A stretch of DNA of 64,000 nucleotides from Verrucomicrobiota bacterium (GCA_038205745.1 JBBRBM010000004.1:1529-65528); one strand, 5' to 3'; positions 27,259-36,313 are shown, numbered from the stretch's first letter. A program made the numbers and translations. Notes: generated by a model not told the origin, from the letters alone.

Positions 27259-27347
27259 TTTTTGCGTCTCCCCGTCGCTGCGCCTTTGTGTTGAATCCTC
27301 GTGAACCGCCGTACTCGCGTTGTCATGGTTTTGTAAATTGCCGCCGT

Positions 27348-28058
27348 TCATTCTCTTTCCAGCCGATAGCCCACCCCATGCACCGTCCTGATCCAGCGCG
27401 GCGAGTCGGGATTTTTTTCCAGCTTCCGCCGCAGCGACGCGATGTGCATGTCCACTGTGCGCGTAGTCGGAAACGCGGCGTAACCCCAGACGACGTCGAG
27501 AAACCTTTCGCGCGAAATCGTCTCGCCGTTGGCTTCCGCCAGCAGGCGCAACATCGCGAACTCTTTCGCCGTGAAGTGAATCTGCTTTCGCTTCCGCATC
27601 GCGTGCTGACGGGCGAAGTCGATGCGCGTCTCGCCGATCGTCAGCTCCAACACTGCCGAACCATCGCGCTGTGATCGCCGCAACAACGCGCGCACACGCG
27701 CCATCAACTCGTCCGTACTGAACGGCTTCACCAGATAGTCATCCGCGCCGCAATCGAGCCCATTGACGCGATCCCGCACCTGGCCTTTGGCGGTAAGCAT
27801 CAGGACTGGAGTCGTGTGTCCGAGGCGGCGCAGTTCCGCGCAGAGCGCGAACCCGTCAAGCTTCGGCATCATCACATCGAGCAGGATGAGGTCGGGCTTC
27901 TCCTTCAACGCACGATCGAGTCCGCGCTCGCCATCCGCGGCGGTGATGACGCGAAAACCTTCCGCGGCGAGGCAATCCTCAAGGGCGGTGCGCATCGGCA
28001 GTTCGTCTTCGATGATGAGGATGCGCGCGTTGTTCACCCACCACCTCCGAATGAGCAA
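27348..28058 (-). CDS. OmpR-family response regulator
   Basis: Receiver domain (ILIIEDE, LILLDVMMPKLDG, LTAKG) and winged helix (VHGVGYRL). The start may be the GTG at 28037. Confidence 0.9.
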   Translation of the reverse strand: MLIRRWWVNNARILIIEDELPMRTALEDCLAAEGFRVITAADGERGLDRALKEKPDLILLDVMMPKLDGFALCAELRRLGHTTPVLMLTAKGQVRDRVNGLDCGADDYLVKPFSTDELMARVRALLRRSQRDGSAVLELTIGETRIDFARQHAMRKRKQIHFTAKEFAMLRLLAEANGETISRERFLDVVWGYAAFPTTRTVDMHIASLRRKLEKNPDSPRWIRTVHGVGYRLERE

Positions 28059-28129
28059 CGCCTCTGACTTCCCTCTTCCCTCAACGGGGAGAGAATTTCC
28101 CCAACCAAAACTTCGCGCCTTGAACCCCT

Positions 28130-28209
28130 GAACCGTAGCAGGCGAGGTAACGAGGCTCTGATCTCCCTCCGACGGAGAAGTTTGAGCCTCCTCACGTCGG
28201 CTGCTACCG
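28130..28209. repeat. palindromic repeat family R-A copy 2 (diverged)
   Basis: GAACCGTAGCAGGCGAGGTAACGAGGCTC ... GAGCCTCCTCACGTCGGCTGCTACCG. Lies between the kinase and regulator genes. Confidence 0.7.
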
Positions 28210-28254
28210 AGGAAAGGTTCATGGAGAGGGAGAACCGCTCGTGCGCCCCTGCAT

Positions 28255-30432
28255 TCATTGCCTCTCCTTCGCGTCTCCGCTTCTCTGCGCCTCTGCGTTG
28301 ATCGGCAGTTCGATCGTGAAGCAGCTTCCTTTGCCGACTCCGCTCTGCACCCGCACGCGTCCGCCGTGCGCCTCGACGATGTGTTTCACGATGCTTAGAC
28401 CAATTCCCACGCCTGGAGTTTCGCGGCGCAGTTCAGAACCGAGTCGATAGAAGCGCTCGAAGATCTTCTGGTGCTCGGCAGCGGCGATACCGGGGCCGTG
28501 GTCGCTGACGGCGAGGAGCCATTGAGGATTGGGGATTGAAGATTGAGGATTTTGGATTTTCAAACTCACGACGACTTCTTCTCCGCTGGGCGAATGCTTG
28601 ATCGCATTGTCGATGAGGTTCACGAGCGCTTGTTGGATAGCGGCGCCGTCCATCAAAGTGCCCCCGGCATCTTGCCGGGTTTCAGCTTCATTGGTCATCC
28701 CGGCCCGGCAAGAGGCCGGGGGCACGTTCACGACCAGCCGCACGCCGCGTTCCGCGCTGTACGGTTCCATGAGCTTCACCGTCTGCTCAACGAGAGCGAC
28801 AACATCCGTCGGCTCGAACTCGTATTCCTTGCGCCCCTGCTCGATGCGCGCGAAGTCGAGGACGTTTTCTATCATCGATGACAGCCGACGGCATTCCTGT
28901 GTGATGAAGCGGAAGTATTCGCGCTGCTTGGCCGGGTCGGAAATTTTCCCGCGCTCCAATCCCTCGGCCATCAATCGCACCGAGGCAATCGGCGCGCGCA
29001 ACTCATGCGACACGCTGGAGACAAAGTTGGATTTCATCTCCGCGAGCCGGAGTTGTTTGTGAAACGCACGCCAGGCGAAGAAGAAACCAATGATAGAAGT
29101 GGAGGCGGCTACAACGATGAGTAGTCCAAAGGCAAATACACGCGCACGCTGACGAGTGAACAGGAGATCAGGCCGGGATAGATGCGCGCCAACCGTCACA
29201 TATACCCTGCTCCCCATCGCTTGATTCGCCGACGCCAGCGCGGACTCCGCGTCTTTCGGAACAACTCCATACCACGAGCGCGAACCGACTTGTCCGGTGT
29301 TGGCGTTCTTGATCAGAAATTGCTCATTGATTTCAAGCGCATCACCCGCCACGGCGACGGTGAACTCCATCCAGTCCGGGTGCCGGACTCTTTCCAATGT
29401 CTGACGGACGAGGCGGGTTGTTTCAGCACGGGTGCGAAAGAACATGCCTTGCTCGCCAGAACGAAAGGCGAACCACAAGTTGTTGGTCACGAAATGGTTT
29501 GTCACTGGACACCAGACCCTGAGCGCAGATGGCGTCATGACACTGTAGCCTGTCGTCCACCGTACAAACTGCCCCCGCGCAATCTGGTGCAAGCCACGCA
29601 GCATTTCCTCCCGCTCCCACACTTCCCGCCAATGACGCTCAATCTTTGGGGCGCGATTCGCCGTCACCGAGTTGGAAGGTGCGGCAAGTCCGCACGCGCG
29701 CACCGCCAGCAGGATTGCGTCCGAACGCTCCGTTGGATTCGTGACACAACTTGAAGCCACGAACTCCAGAGGAGGCGGTTTGAACTCAAGCAGTTTGAGC
29801 AAAGCCAGTGTTCTCAAATCCCCACCACTTTCACCGAATACCGGTTCCAGTTGGGAGGCAAAGTTGCTGTAACTCAGCAAGGCGGCGTTGGTATTTCCCG
29901 CTTCAAGATATAGTCGTGCGCGGTCAAATTCCGCCGCCGCGCGAAAGCGAAGCGGCGGTTCCATCTCGATGAAATGCTGCCACTCGTTGAGGGCACTTTT
30001 ACTCGTGGATGGCGTTGCCTGAGATCGCCGGGCTCGCCATGACTCGATCTGGCCGGCTTGAAGCGCAGTTTCATCCAAAGGTTCAAGGGTCAGTGCTGTT
30101 TGGGAGGGTTTGGGCCACTTCAATCCGCCGTCCGTATCGAAAGCGATCAGTCGGCTCCAAATGGGATTGGGAGAAACCGTGGTGTTTTGCGGAAAATCCG
30201 GGAACACCGACAGGTCACCAATGGTTGGACTCTGCAAAGCTTCCCATACGAGGGGCGCAGCTTCATCCGCAAGTTCTGCGGCGCGAGCTTCGGCTTCACG
30301 CCGTGCGGACTTTTTATCCTGCTGGAGCGTGAACCCACCAAGCAACGCCAGCACCAGCATCGGCGCGAGGATGAGCACGCCCTGCCAGAAGAAGCTCGGC
30401 TTGCGGTTGGTTCGTTTCACGGGGTCGGCCAT
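28255..30432 (-). CDS. sensor histidine kinase with a large periplasmic domain
   Basis: Two TM helices flank a sensor region of about 400 aa. H-box SHELRAPIASV, N-box LVNLIDNAIKHS, G-boxes DHGPGI and GVGIGLSIV. The CDS contains repeat copies R-H and R-B. Confidence 0.85.
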   Translation of the reverse strand: MADPVKRTNRKPSFFWQGVLILAPMLVLALLGGFTLQQDKKSARREAEARAAELADEAAPLVWEALQSPTIGDLSVFPDFPQNTTVSPNPIWSRLIAFDTDGGLKWPKPSQTALTLEPLDETALQAGQIESWRARRSQATPSTSKSALNEWQHFIEMEPPLRFRAAAEFDRARLYLEAGNTNAALLSYSNFASQLEPVFGESGGDLRTLALLKLLEFKPPPLEFVASSCVTNPTERSDAILLAVRACGLAAPSNSVTANRAPKIERHWREVWEREEMLRGLHQIARGQFVRWTTGYSVMTPSALRVWCPVTNHFVTNNLWFAFRSGEQGMFFRTRAETTRLVRQTLERVRHPDWMEFTVAVAGDALEINEQFLIKNANTGQVGSRSWYGVVPKDAESALASANQAMGSRVYVTVGAHLSRPDLLFTRQRARVFAFGLLIVVAASTSIIGFFFAWRAFHKQLRLAEMKSNFVSSVSHELRAPIASVRLMAEGLERGKISDPAKQREYFRFITQECRRLSSMIENVLDFARIEQGRKEYEFEPTDVVALVEQTVKLMEPYSAERGVRLVVNVPPASCRAGMTNEAETRQDAGGTLMDGAAIQQALVNLIDNAIKHSPSGEEVVVSLKIQNPQSSIPNPQWLLAVSDHGPGIAAAEHQKIFERFYRLGSELRRETPGVGIGLSIVKHIVEAHGGRVRVQSGVGKGSCFTIELPINAEAQRSGDAKERQ
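28521..28560. repeat. tandem octamer repeat family R-H copy (GGATTGAG-type) inside the histidine kinase CDS
   Basis: ATTGAGGATTGGGGATTGAAGATTGAGGATTTTGGATTTT, read on the minus strand as ..KIQNPQSSIPNPQ.. just before the G1 box. Confidence 0.75.
28658..28725. repeat. palindromic repeat family R-B copy 2 inside the histidine kinase CDS
   Basis: GTGCCCCCGGCATCTTGCCGGG ... CCCGGCAAGAGGCCGGGGGCAC, read on the minus strand as ..PPASCRAGMTNEAETRQDAGGT.. between VRLVVNV and the N-box. Confidence 0.8.
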
Positions 30433-30488
30433 TTGCTAACAGAGAGTGGCGGGTGAACGAAGTCCGGATGTCATGGATTTGTAAAAGT

Positions 30489-30607
30489 GAGTCTCGTGAA
30501 GGACACGAAGCGGACGAGGAAGAAACCTTAGTTCTCCGGGCGGTTGGCGTCGTCTCCCACGTCTTCGCCTCTCCCCCTTCGTCTCCTTCGCGCTCTTCGC
30601 GAGACTC
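30489..30607. repeat. palindromic repeat family R-G
   Basis: Arms GAGTCTCGTGAAGGACACGAAGCGGACGAGGAAG and CTTCGTCTCCTTCGCGCTCTTCGCGAGACTC, in the divergent region between the kinase gene and lysA. Confidence 0.65.
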
Positions 30608-30658
30608 CTTCAGTTGGGCATTGGACACGCGGCTTGCCGTCCGGCATAAATCCTCGCC

Positions 30659-31954
30659 ATGCATGATTTTCGGTATGTCGGCAACAAGCTGTTCTGCGAG
30701 CGCCTGAGCATTGAGTCGCTCGTGAAGAAACACGGCACGCCGCTTTACGTTTATTCGCAGCACACGCTCGAAGACCACTTCGGCAAACTCGATTGCGCGC
30801 TGCGCGATCTCGATCACCTCGTCTGCTACGCGATGAAGGCGAACTCGAATCTCGCCGTGATGCGCACCTTCGCGAATCTCGGCAGTGGCTTCGACGTCGT
30901 GAGCGAAGGCGAATTGCGCCGCGTGATCGCCGCGGGCGGTGATGCGAAGAAGTGCGTGTTCGCCGGCGTCGGCAAGACGGAGCAGGAAATCGAGTTCGCC
31001 CTGCGCAAAGGGATCTACTCCTTCAACGTCGAGAGCGAAGCCGAGTTGCAACGCATCAATAAAGTCGCCGCGCGCCTGAAGAAGATCGCGCCGATCGCCG
31101 TGCGCGTGAACCCAAATGTCGATGCCGGCACGCACGCGAAAATCACGACCGGCACGTACGCGAACAAGTTCGGCATCGCCTTCGAGGAGATCGAGGGCGT
31201 GTATGCGCGCGCGAGCAAGTTGAAGAATTTGCGCCTGCGTGGATTGCAGACGCACATTGGCTCGCAGCTCACGCAGGTGAAACCGTTCGAACTGGCCGTG
31301 CGCAAACTGCTGCCGCTCGTGGAGAAACTTTCGGCGAAGTATGACTTCGAGTTCTTCAGCATCGGGGGCGGACTCGGAATCGTTTACAACCCCGCGCTCG
31401 AAAGCGGTCCAGCGACCTGGTGGCAGCAGGCGAAGGCGAAGGACATCCTCACGCCCAAGACTTACGCCGACACGCTCGTGCCGTTGTTGAAGCCGCTCGG
31501 GTTGAGAATCCTGATCGAGCCGGGCCGTTTCATGGTCGGCAACGCGGGGATCCTCGCCACTCGTGTCGAGTACGTGAAACGCACTGGCAAAAAGAACTTC
31601 GTGATCGTGGACGCTGCGATGAACGACCTGATCCGCCCGGCCTTCTACGATTCGTATCACGAGATCGTGCCGCTCGCGAAGAACGGCCGGGCCACCGTGT
31701 CGAGCGACGTCGTCGGCCCGATCTGCGAGTCAGGAGATTACTTCGCCAAGGATCGTCCTCTGGCGAAGGTTGGCGCGGGCGATTACCTCGCGCTGCTCAG
31801 TGCCGGCGCGTACGGCTTCGTGATGGCGTCCAACTACAATTCCCGCGGGATGGCGGCTGAAGTTCTCGTACATGGGAACAAAGCCGAACTCGTTCGCCCG
31901 CGCCAGAACGTGGAAGAGATTTGGAAGAGCGAGCGCGTTCCGGCGTGGCTGTGA
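30659..31954 (+). CDS. lysA: diaminopimelate decarboxylase
   Basis: N-terminus HGTPLYVYS, PLP-lysine context YAMKANSN, and full-length fold-type III decarboxylase layout. Confidence 0.9.
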   Translation: MHDFRYVGNKLFCERLSIESLVKKHGTPLYVYSQHTLEDHFGKLDCALRDLDHLVCYAMKANSNLAVMRTFANLGSGFDVVSEGELRRVIAAGGDAKKCVFAGVGKTEQEIEFALRKGIYSFNVESEAELQRINKVAARLKKIAPIAVRVNPNVDAGTHAKITTGTYANKFGIAFEEIEGVYARASKLKNLRLRGLQTHIGSQLTQVKPFELAVRKLLPLVEKLSAKYDFEFFSIGGGLGIVYNPALESGPATWWQQAKAKDILTPKTYADTLVPLLKPLGLRILIEPGRFMVGNAGILATRVEYVKRTGKKNFVIVDAAMNDLIRPAFYDSYHEIVPLAKNGRATVSSDVVGPICESGDYFAKDRPLAKVGAGDYLALLSAGAYGFVMASNYNSRGMAAEVLVHGNKAELVRPRQNVEEIWKSERVPAWL

Positions 31955-31968
31955 CATCATTCATTTGG

Positions 31969-32032
31969 AACCACGGAATACACTGAAAACACGGAAGAGA
32001 ATACTTCTGTGTGCTCCGTGTATTCCGTGGTT
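31969..32032. repeat. palindromic repeat family R-F
   Basis: AACCACGGAATACAC ... GTGTATTCCGTGGTT with an inner stem. Located 15 nt after the lysA stop. Confidence 0.7.
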
Positions 32033-32391
32033 AACACAGTTCAGTTGCCGCCATCTGAAATCCCGCCCGCCCCGGTACGGTTTCGCCGCCGACTTTCCCG
32101 AGCCATTGCCATGGCCTGCTCGACCTCGCGGCTAACGAAAGTTATTTGAGCGGTCGCCTGAAGGATGTTTGAACTTCACATTGGAATAAGTCGCGTGTGA
32201 TGAGTCCTCGGCCACGTCTGGCATGACGCGCTTCTACAGGAATGGACGGCGTGTGAAAACTTTCTTTGCCATGACGCTGCCGCAGAACTTCGAGCCAGAG
32301 ATTACATCGTCTTAACAAACTCGGCGTTCCCGCACACACGCCATTAACACACGGCTTGTTAATTCCCCTCGTGAAGCTTGAGGAACAACAC

Positions 32392-33302
32392 ATGGGAACA
32401 ACAACGCTCCGGGCCGGGTGCGCGATGATCGCGCTATTGCTTTCGATTCAAACAACGCACGCCGCTGATCCACGGACCAACTCCTGGTTCACGACGTACT
32501 CTGGCAAATACGCGCGCGCCTACACCAACGCCGCCGCGCAAACCGCGAACAACGCGACCGCCATCTGGAACAACGGCTCGCAAGCGCAAACACTTCCTGC
32601 TTACGCAGGGGTTCAGGAAATTTATTCGTCGAGCAACTGGGTTTACATCCGCACCACCGGAGTGGGCGCGCATACGATGGGGCCGTACGAACGATTACTC
32701 GCCGCGCATTTGAATCTGCCCAGATCACGCCAGAGAAGATCGGCATGGCGCTCGAATCGTTCCTGCTCACGCTTACGTCGTTTGATTCGAGGTTTGATCG
32801 CGCGATGCGCGGCGAAGAGGAGTTCACCACCGACGAGAAGCGCGGCTTTGAACTGTTCATGACCGAACGCGATCCACGGCGCGGGCAATTCGGCGCGGAT
32901 TGTTTTCACTGCCACGGCGGCCCGCTGTTTCAAAGCCAGAGCTTCGCGAACAACGGACTCGACGCGGAGCCAAAGGATCGCGGTCGTGCGAGCATCACCG
33001 GCAACTGGAACGATGAAGGCAAATTCGCCACGCCTTCGTTGCGCAACATCGCCCTCACCGCGCCCTACATGCACGATGGACGATTCGCCACGCTGGAGGA
33101 AGTGATCGATCACTACGGCACGGGCGTAAAGCGCAGCGCCACGCTCGATCCGAATCTCGCCAAGCATCGTGAGGGCGGGCCGCATCTCACAAGTGAAGAC
33201 AAGCGCGCCCTGGTGGCATTTCTGAAGATGCTCACCGACGAGAAATATCTTGAGCGAAAGACAAACCTCGCGGGCGCGGACAACTCCGAGGAGAAATTCT
33301 AA
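32392..33302 (+). pseudogene. chimeric/truncated di-haem cytochrome c peroxidase-like gene
   Basis: Frame 1 (32392..32862) gives a signal peptide plus NSWFTTYSGKYARAY..VQEIYSSSNWVYIRTTGVGAHTMGPYE and then nonsense. A second frame (32745..33302, open from about 32690) gives only the C-terminal haem domain (CFHCH, PSLRN, APYMHDG). The first haem domain is missing. Confidence 0.6.
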
Positions 33303-33496
33303 GAGCCGGTCTGAAAATTCGGGATGGGTAGCACAGGCCACTGGCCTGTGCCGTCCGGCGACTCGCCGGACGGAACGGGGATGACGCCTCCATCAACTAG
33401 GTCAGCGCTTTTCCTTGCGGACGTCTCACCCCTCCGGTCGGCGGGTCGCCGACCGGAACAGGCCGGTGGCCTGTTCCACCCTTTTTCAGACTGGCT
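33303..33496. repeat. composite palindromic element R-C (two inverted half-elements)
   Basis: Half-elements GCACAGGCCACTGGCCTGTGCCGTCCGGCGACTCGCCGGACGGAACGGGG and the reverse complement of GGAACAGGCCACCGGCCTGTTCCGGTCGGCGACCCGCCGACCGGAGGGG. Outer arms are AGCCGGTCTGAAAA and TTTTCAGACTGGCT. Confidence 0.8.
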
Positions 33497-34414
33497 CTAA
33501 GGCACAAGTATCTCGCGGCGAAGACGACCGACGAACGTGGATGGCAACCGTCGGTCCATTGATCCAACGACCGGGCGCTCGCGTTCCACATGGCCATCTA
33601 CGAAAGCAACGTTCGCACGCTGACGATGACGAAAGTGCGCGTTCGGATAACTCCACGGTGAGTCGTCGTAGTCAACGTAGTAGAATTCCTCCAGCATCGG
33701 ATTGTCCGGAGACGCGGGCGACTGAAAGTCATTGACCTGCGCCGCGTCAGCGAACAGGCACACCGAGGATGTGTCGCGAAGTTTTTGAATTGTGAATGGC
33801 GGCTGTCCGTTGGTGGACGAGATGTGGCGGTTGTAACCGTAGCCATACGCCGCGCCACGCGCCTTCAATTTGAACCGGGCATCGCCGTAGTTGAGTGACG
33901 GACAAATTTCCACGCCACGCCCGAGCAGATACGGATAGAGCACGCCATAAGTTGCATCGAAGGCACGCTCGCCTTCGTTGCCGTTCTTCAGCCAGCCGAA
34001 CCAGAAGACGACGCCATTGTTCGTGGGGAAATCGCTGAAGGCGAAGGTGCGTCCCTCGTTGTCGTCGAAATACATCTGCGCGGCGAGACCGAGCTGGCGG
34101 AGATTGTTCACGCACTTGATGCGTTGCGCGGTTTGTTTGCTTCCGCTCAACGCCGGGAGCAAGAGCGCGGCGAGAATTGCAATGATCGCCACGACCACGA
34201 GCAACTCGATCAACGTGAACGCTTCCTTCCGCGTTTCGCCTTCCTGTGCGGCGATCACGCGGCACAAACATTCCGGGCACAGGCAGTCATGGCTGGAATC
34301 AACTTCGCGCAATCGCGGGAACTCCAAACACCAACAGCGCGTCGGTGCGGTGTCGGCGTGACCCGAGAAGTGTGTCTGGCACTTCGGACAAACTTTTGCC
34401 TCGGGCGTGCTCAC
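33497..34414 (-). CDS. DUF1559-type pseudopilin-like protein (prepilin-type N-terminal methylation motif, H-X9-DG) with an N-terminal Cys-rich CWC-type extension
   Basis: [24 protein letters not shown], and [13 protein letters not shown] (H-X9-DG). N-terminal CPKCQ..CWC..CLCPECL. The GTG start at 34414 overlaps the upstream stop as GTGA. An internal GTG at 34258 would give a classic short leader [20 protein letters not shown]. Confidence 0.8.
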   Translation of the reverse strand: MSTPEAKVCPKCQTHFSGHADTAPTRCWCLEFPRLREVDSSHDCLCPECLCRVIAAQEGETRKEAFTLIELLVVVAIIAILAALLLPALSGSKQTAQRIKCVNNLRQLGLAAQMYFDDNEGRTFAFSDFPTNNGVVFWFGWLKNGNEGERAFDATYGVLYPYLLGRGVEICPSLNYGDARFKLKARGAAYGYGYNRHISSTNGQPPFTIQKLRDTSSVCLFADAAQVNDFQSPASPDNPMLEEFYYVDYDDSPWSYPNAHFRHRQRANVAFVDGHVERERPVVGSMDRRLPSTFVGRLRREILVP

Positions 34415-35508
34415 GGTTTCAGTGCGTTGACGCGATAGAAGGCGCGGGTTGCCGGTGTGTTCGTGTCTTGCAACAGCAACACTCCGCCACTTCCCGTGTT
34501 GGTCGCAGACGCCGCGCTCCAAGTGGCGAGATCACTTGTGCGTTCGAGAACGTAACTCCAGTTCGTGCGACTGATGAACTGCGCGCGCCATGTGCCATTC
34601 GAGCGTGTGCCACTGTAGTTTTGCACCGGGGGATCGGGCACCTTCACCACCAGATTGTCCACCGTTCCATGCGCGAGCACCGAGCCCCAAAACTGCGGGT
34701 TCCCGAACTGCGCCGCGTCGCAGTAACTCATGATCGCGAGCGAATCGCAGCGAAAATCCGCCGTCGCACTGAGCACGAGATCCTTGATCACGCCGAAGAC
34801 TGCGCCGTTCTTCGTGATGAGCGTCTTCAACGTGCGGTTCGTGGCGGTGAACATCATTTCGATGTGAAACAAATCATTCGTGGTCATCACGAGCGGGTGA
34901 TTGTCGCTGAAGTAGATCAGGTGATTCGTGGCGACCACCGTCGGCGCGAAGGTGGCGCCGAAGCCGGAGTCGGGGAAGTAATCGAACTCCACGAGATTGC
35001 GCGGCCCTGTCGCCGTTTGTCCCGCGCCGCGGAAGAAGTTCGTACCAATGGCATTCGAGAAGTTCATGAACCCGATCGCAATCTCGAACGTGTATGACTT
35101 GTTGCTGGTGGTGCCGATCGCGATGTCACGCAGCGTCAGATCGAAGGCGACGCCGAAATCATCGCTTCTGGAGATGATCGTGCGGAGCGGCAGCCAGAAG
35201 TAACTGTTCGTACGCGAAGAGTCCCAGGTCACTTCCATGTTCTGGTCCGTGGCGTTCCAGCGGAACAACGACGCGTCGCCGGACGAACGCCAGCCGCGCG
35301 CGGATGGATCGGTGGAAAAACTCTCACCGATCGTCACGGCGCGCAGCGCCGACATCAGCATCGCGAACACGAGCACGACGAATACGCCGCGGGCTTGGTG
35401 AAGGCGCGAACGACAGGCCGGAACGCGGACGGTCACGTCCGCCAGTTTTAGAGCGGATGTTCGCGCGGACGTGATCGTCCGCGCTCCGCGCTCCGGATGT
35501 TGGTTCAT
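34411..35508 (-). CDS. secreted hypothetical protein with a C-terminal ..W..FYRV module
   Basis: Start taken at MNQHPERG. Hydrophobic core [16 protein letters not shown]. No known domain. The 5' end contains repeat R-D, so the start is uncertain. Confidence 0.5.
   Translation of the reverse strand: MNQHPERGARTITSARTSALKLADVTVRVPACRSRLHQARGVFVVLVFAMLMSALRAVTIGESFSTDPSARGWRSSGDASLFRWNATDQNMEVTWDSSRTNSYFWLPLRTIISRSDDFGVAFDLTLRDIAIGTTSNKSYTFEIAIGFMNFSNAIGTNFFRGAGQTATGPRNLVEFDYFPDSGFGATFAPTVVATNHLIYFSDNHPLVMTTNDLFHIEMMFTATNRTLKTLITKNGAVFGVIKDLVLSATADFRCDSLAIMSYCDAAQFGNPQFWGSVLAHGTVDNLVVKVPDPPVQNYSGTRSNGTWRAQFISRTNWSYVLERTSDLATWSAASATNTGSGGVLLLQDTNTPATRAFYRVNALKP
35420..35487. repeat. palindromic repeat family R-D copy 1
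   Basis: GGAACGCGGACGGTCACGTCCGC ... GCGGACGTGATCGTCCGCGCTCC. Confidence 0.8.
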
Positions 35509-35542
35509 GATGAGCGGCATCGGATATTGCGCGCACCACCGG

Positions 35543-36313
35543 TCAGTCCTTCCGCCGCGGCGCACGGCGGGCCACGGCGGAGAAAGCATCGATCTCGGCT
35601 TTGCCTTCGATCACTTCCACGCGCACGTAGCGAACCCACGGAAGACGCACACGACGTCCATGTTCCGTTTGCGCGTGGCGAATGTTGAACCCAGTGCCGC
35701 CAGCCGAACCTTTGTAGAGCGTGCGGATGTCTTCAAGCGTCGCGCCGGCGAAGTCCTCTTGCGTCAGCGAGGGATCGACGGGGATATCGAAGCGGCCTTC
35801 GCTGTCAGGAGGAAACAGTGCGTCAAGGAGCGGCGTGGGTTCGGGATCGAGCGCATAAAACTTTCTTCCATTCGCGCTCACGGAAACCCGTGTCACACCG
35901 GTGTTGTTGGCGAACAGCGAACTGTCTGTCGCAGGTGTGCCGATGTAAGTGAACGTGTTCAGATCGAACTCATTCGTCACAATGAACCCGGCGTTGCCGA
36001 AGATGATGAAGTCGAGACCGAACGGCTTGTGCGGCACGTCGAAGATTGGCTTGTGAAACTTGATCGTGATCGAGCCACCCGCGCCGATCGAAGCGATTTG
36101 ATTTGTGCCGTATGGCGGATCAAACGGATCAATCGCCTCGCCGAACGGCGCGACGCGCGAAGGTTCGCCGAGAACAGACTGCCCATTGGTAAATCCGGCG
36201 GCGAAGCCTTCGCCGGGATTGTAGCTGATGACCGAAACGGCGTAATTCGTGGCCGCGACGGTGTTGAGGACGATGCTGGAACAAGCCAGCAGAACGAGAC
36301 TGAGTTTCTTCAT
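35543..36313 (-). CDS. secreted hypothetical protein, first gene after the cobalamin riboswitch
   Basis: Start moved to MKKLSLVLLACSSIVLNTVAA (signal peptide). The ORF-track start is a TTG further upstream. No known domain. Confidence 0.6.
   Translation of the reverse strand: MKKLSLVLLACSSIVLNTVAATNYAVSVISYNPGEGFAAGFTNGQSVLGEPSRVAPFGEAIDPFDPPYGTNQIASIGAGGSITIKFHKPIFDVPHKPFGLDFIIFGNAGFIVTNEFDLNTFTYIGTPATDSSLFANNTGVTRVSVSANGRKFYALDPEPTPLLDALFPPDSEGRFDIPVDPSLTQEDFAGATLEDIRTLYKGSAGGTGFNIRHAQTEHGRRVRLPWVRYVRVEVIEGKAEIDAFSAVARRAPRRKD

Noticed and set aside
31872-32135. Small ORFs lying on repeat elements: 31872..32135, 33397..33597, 33415..33735, 28034..28258, 62223..62486, 62290..62538.
   Set aside because: They are read-throughs of palindromic repeat families R-F, R-C, R-A and R-I. 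The same peptides would appear wherever the repeat occurs, so they are not treated as genes.
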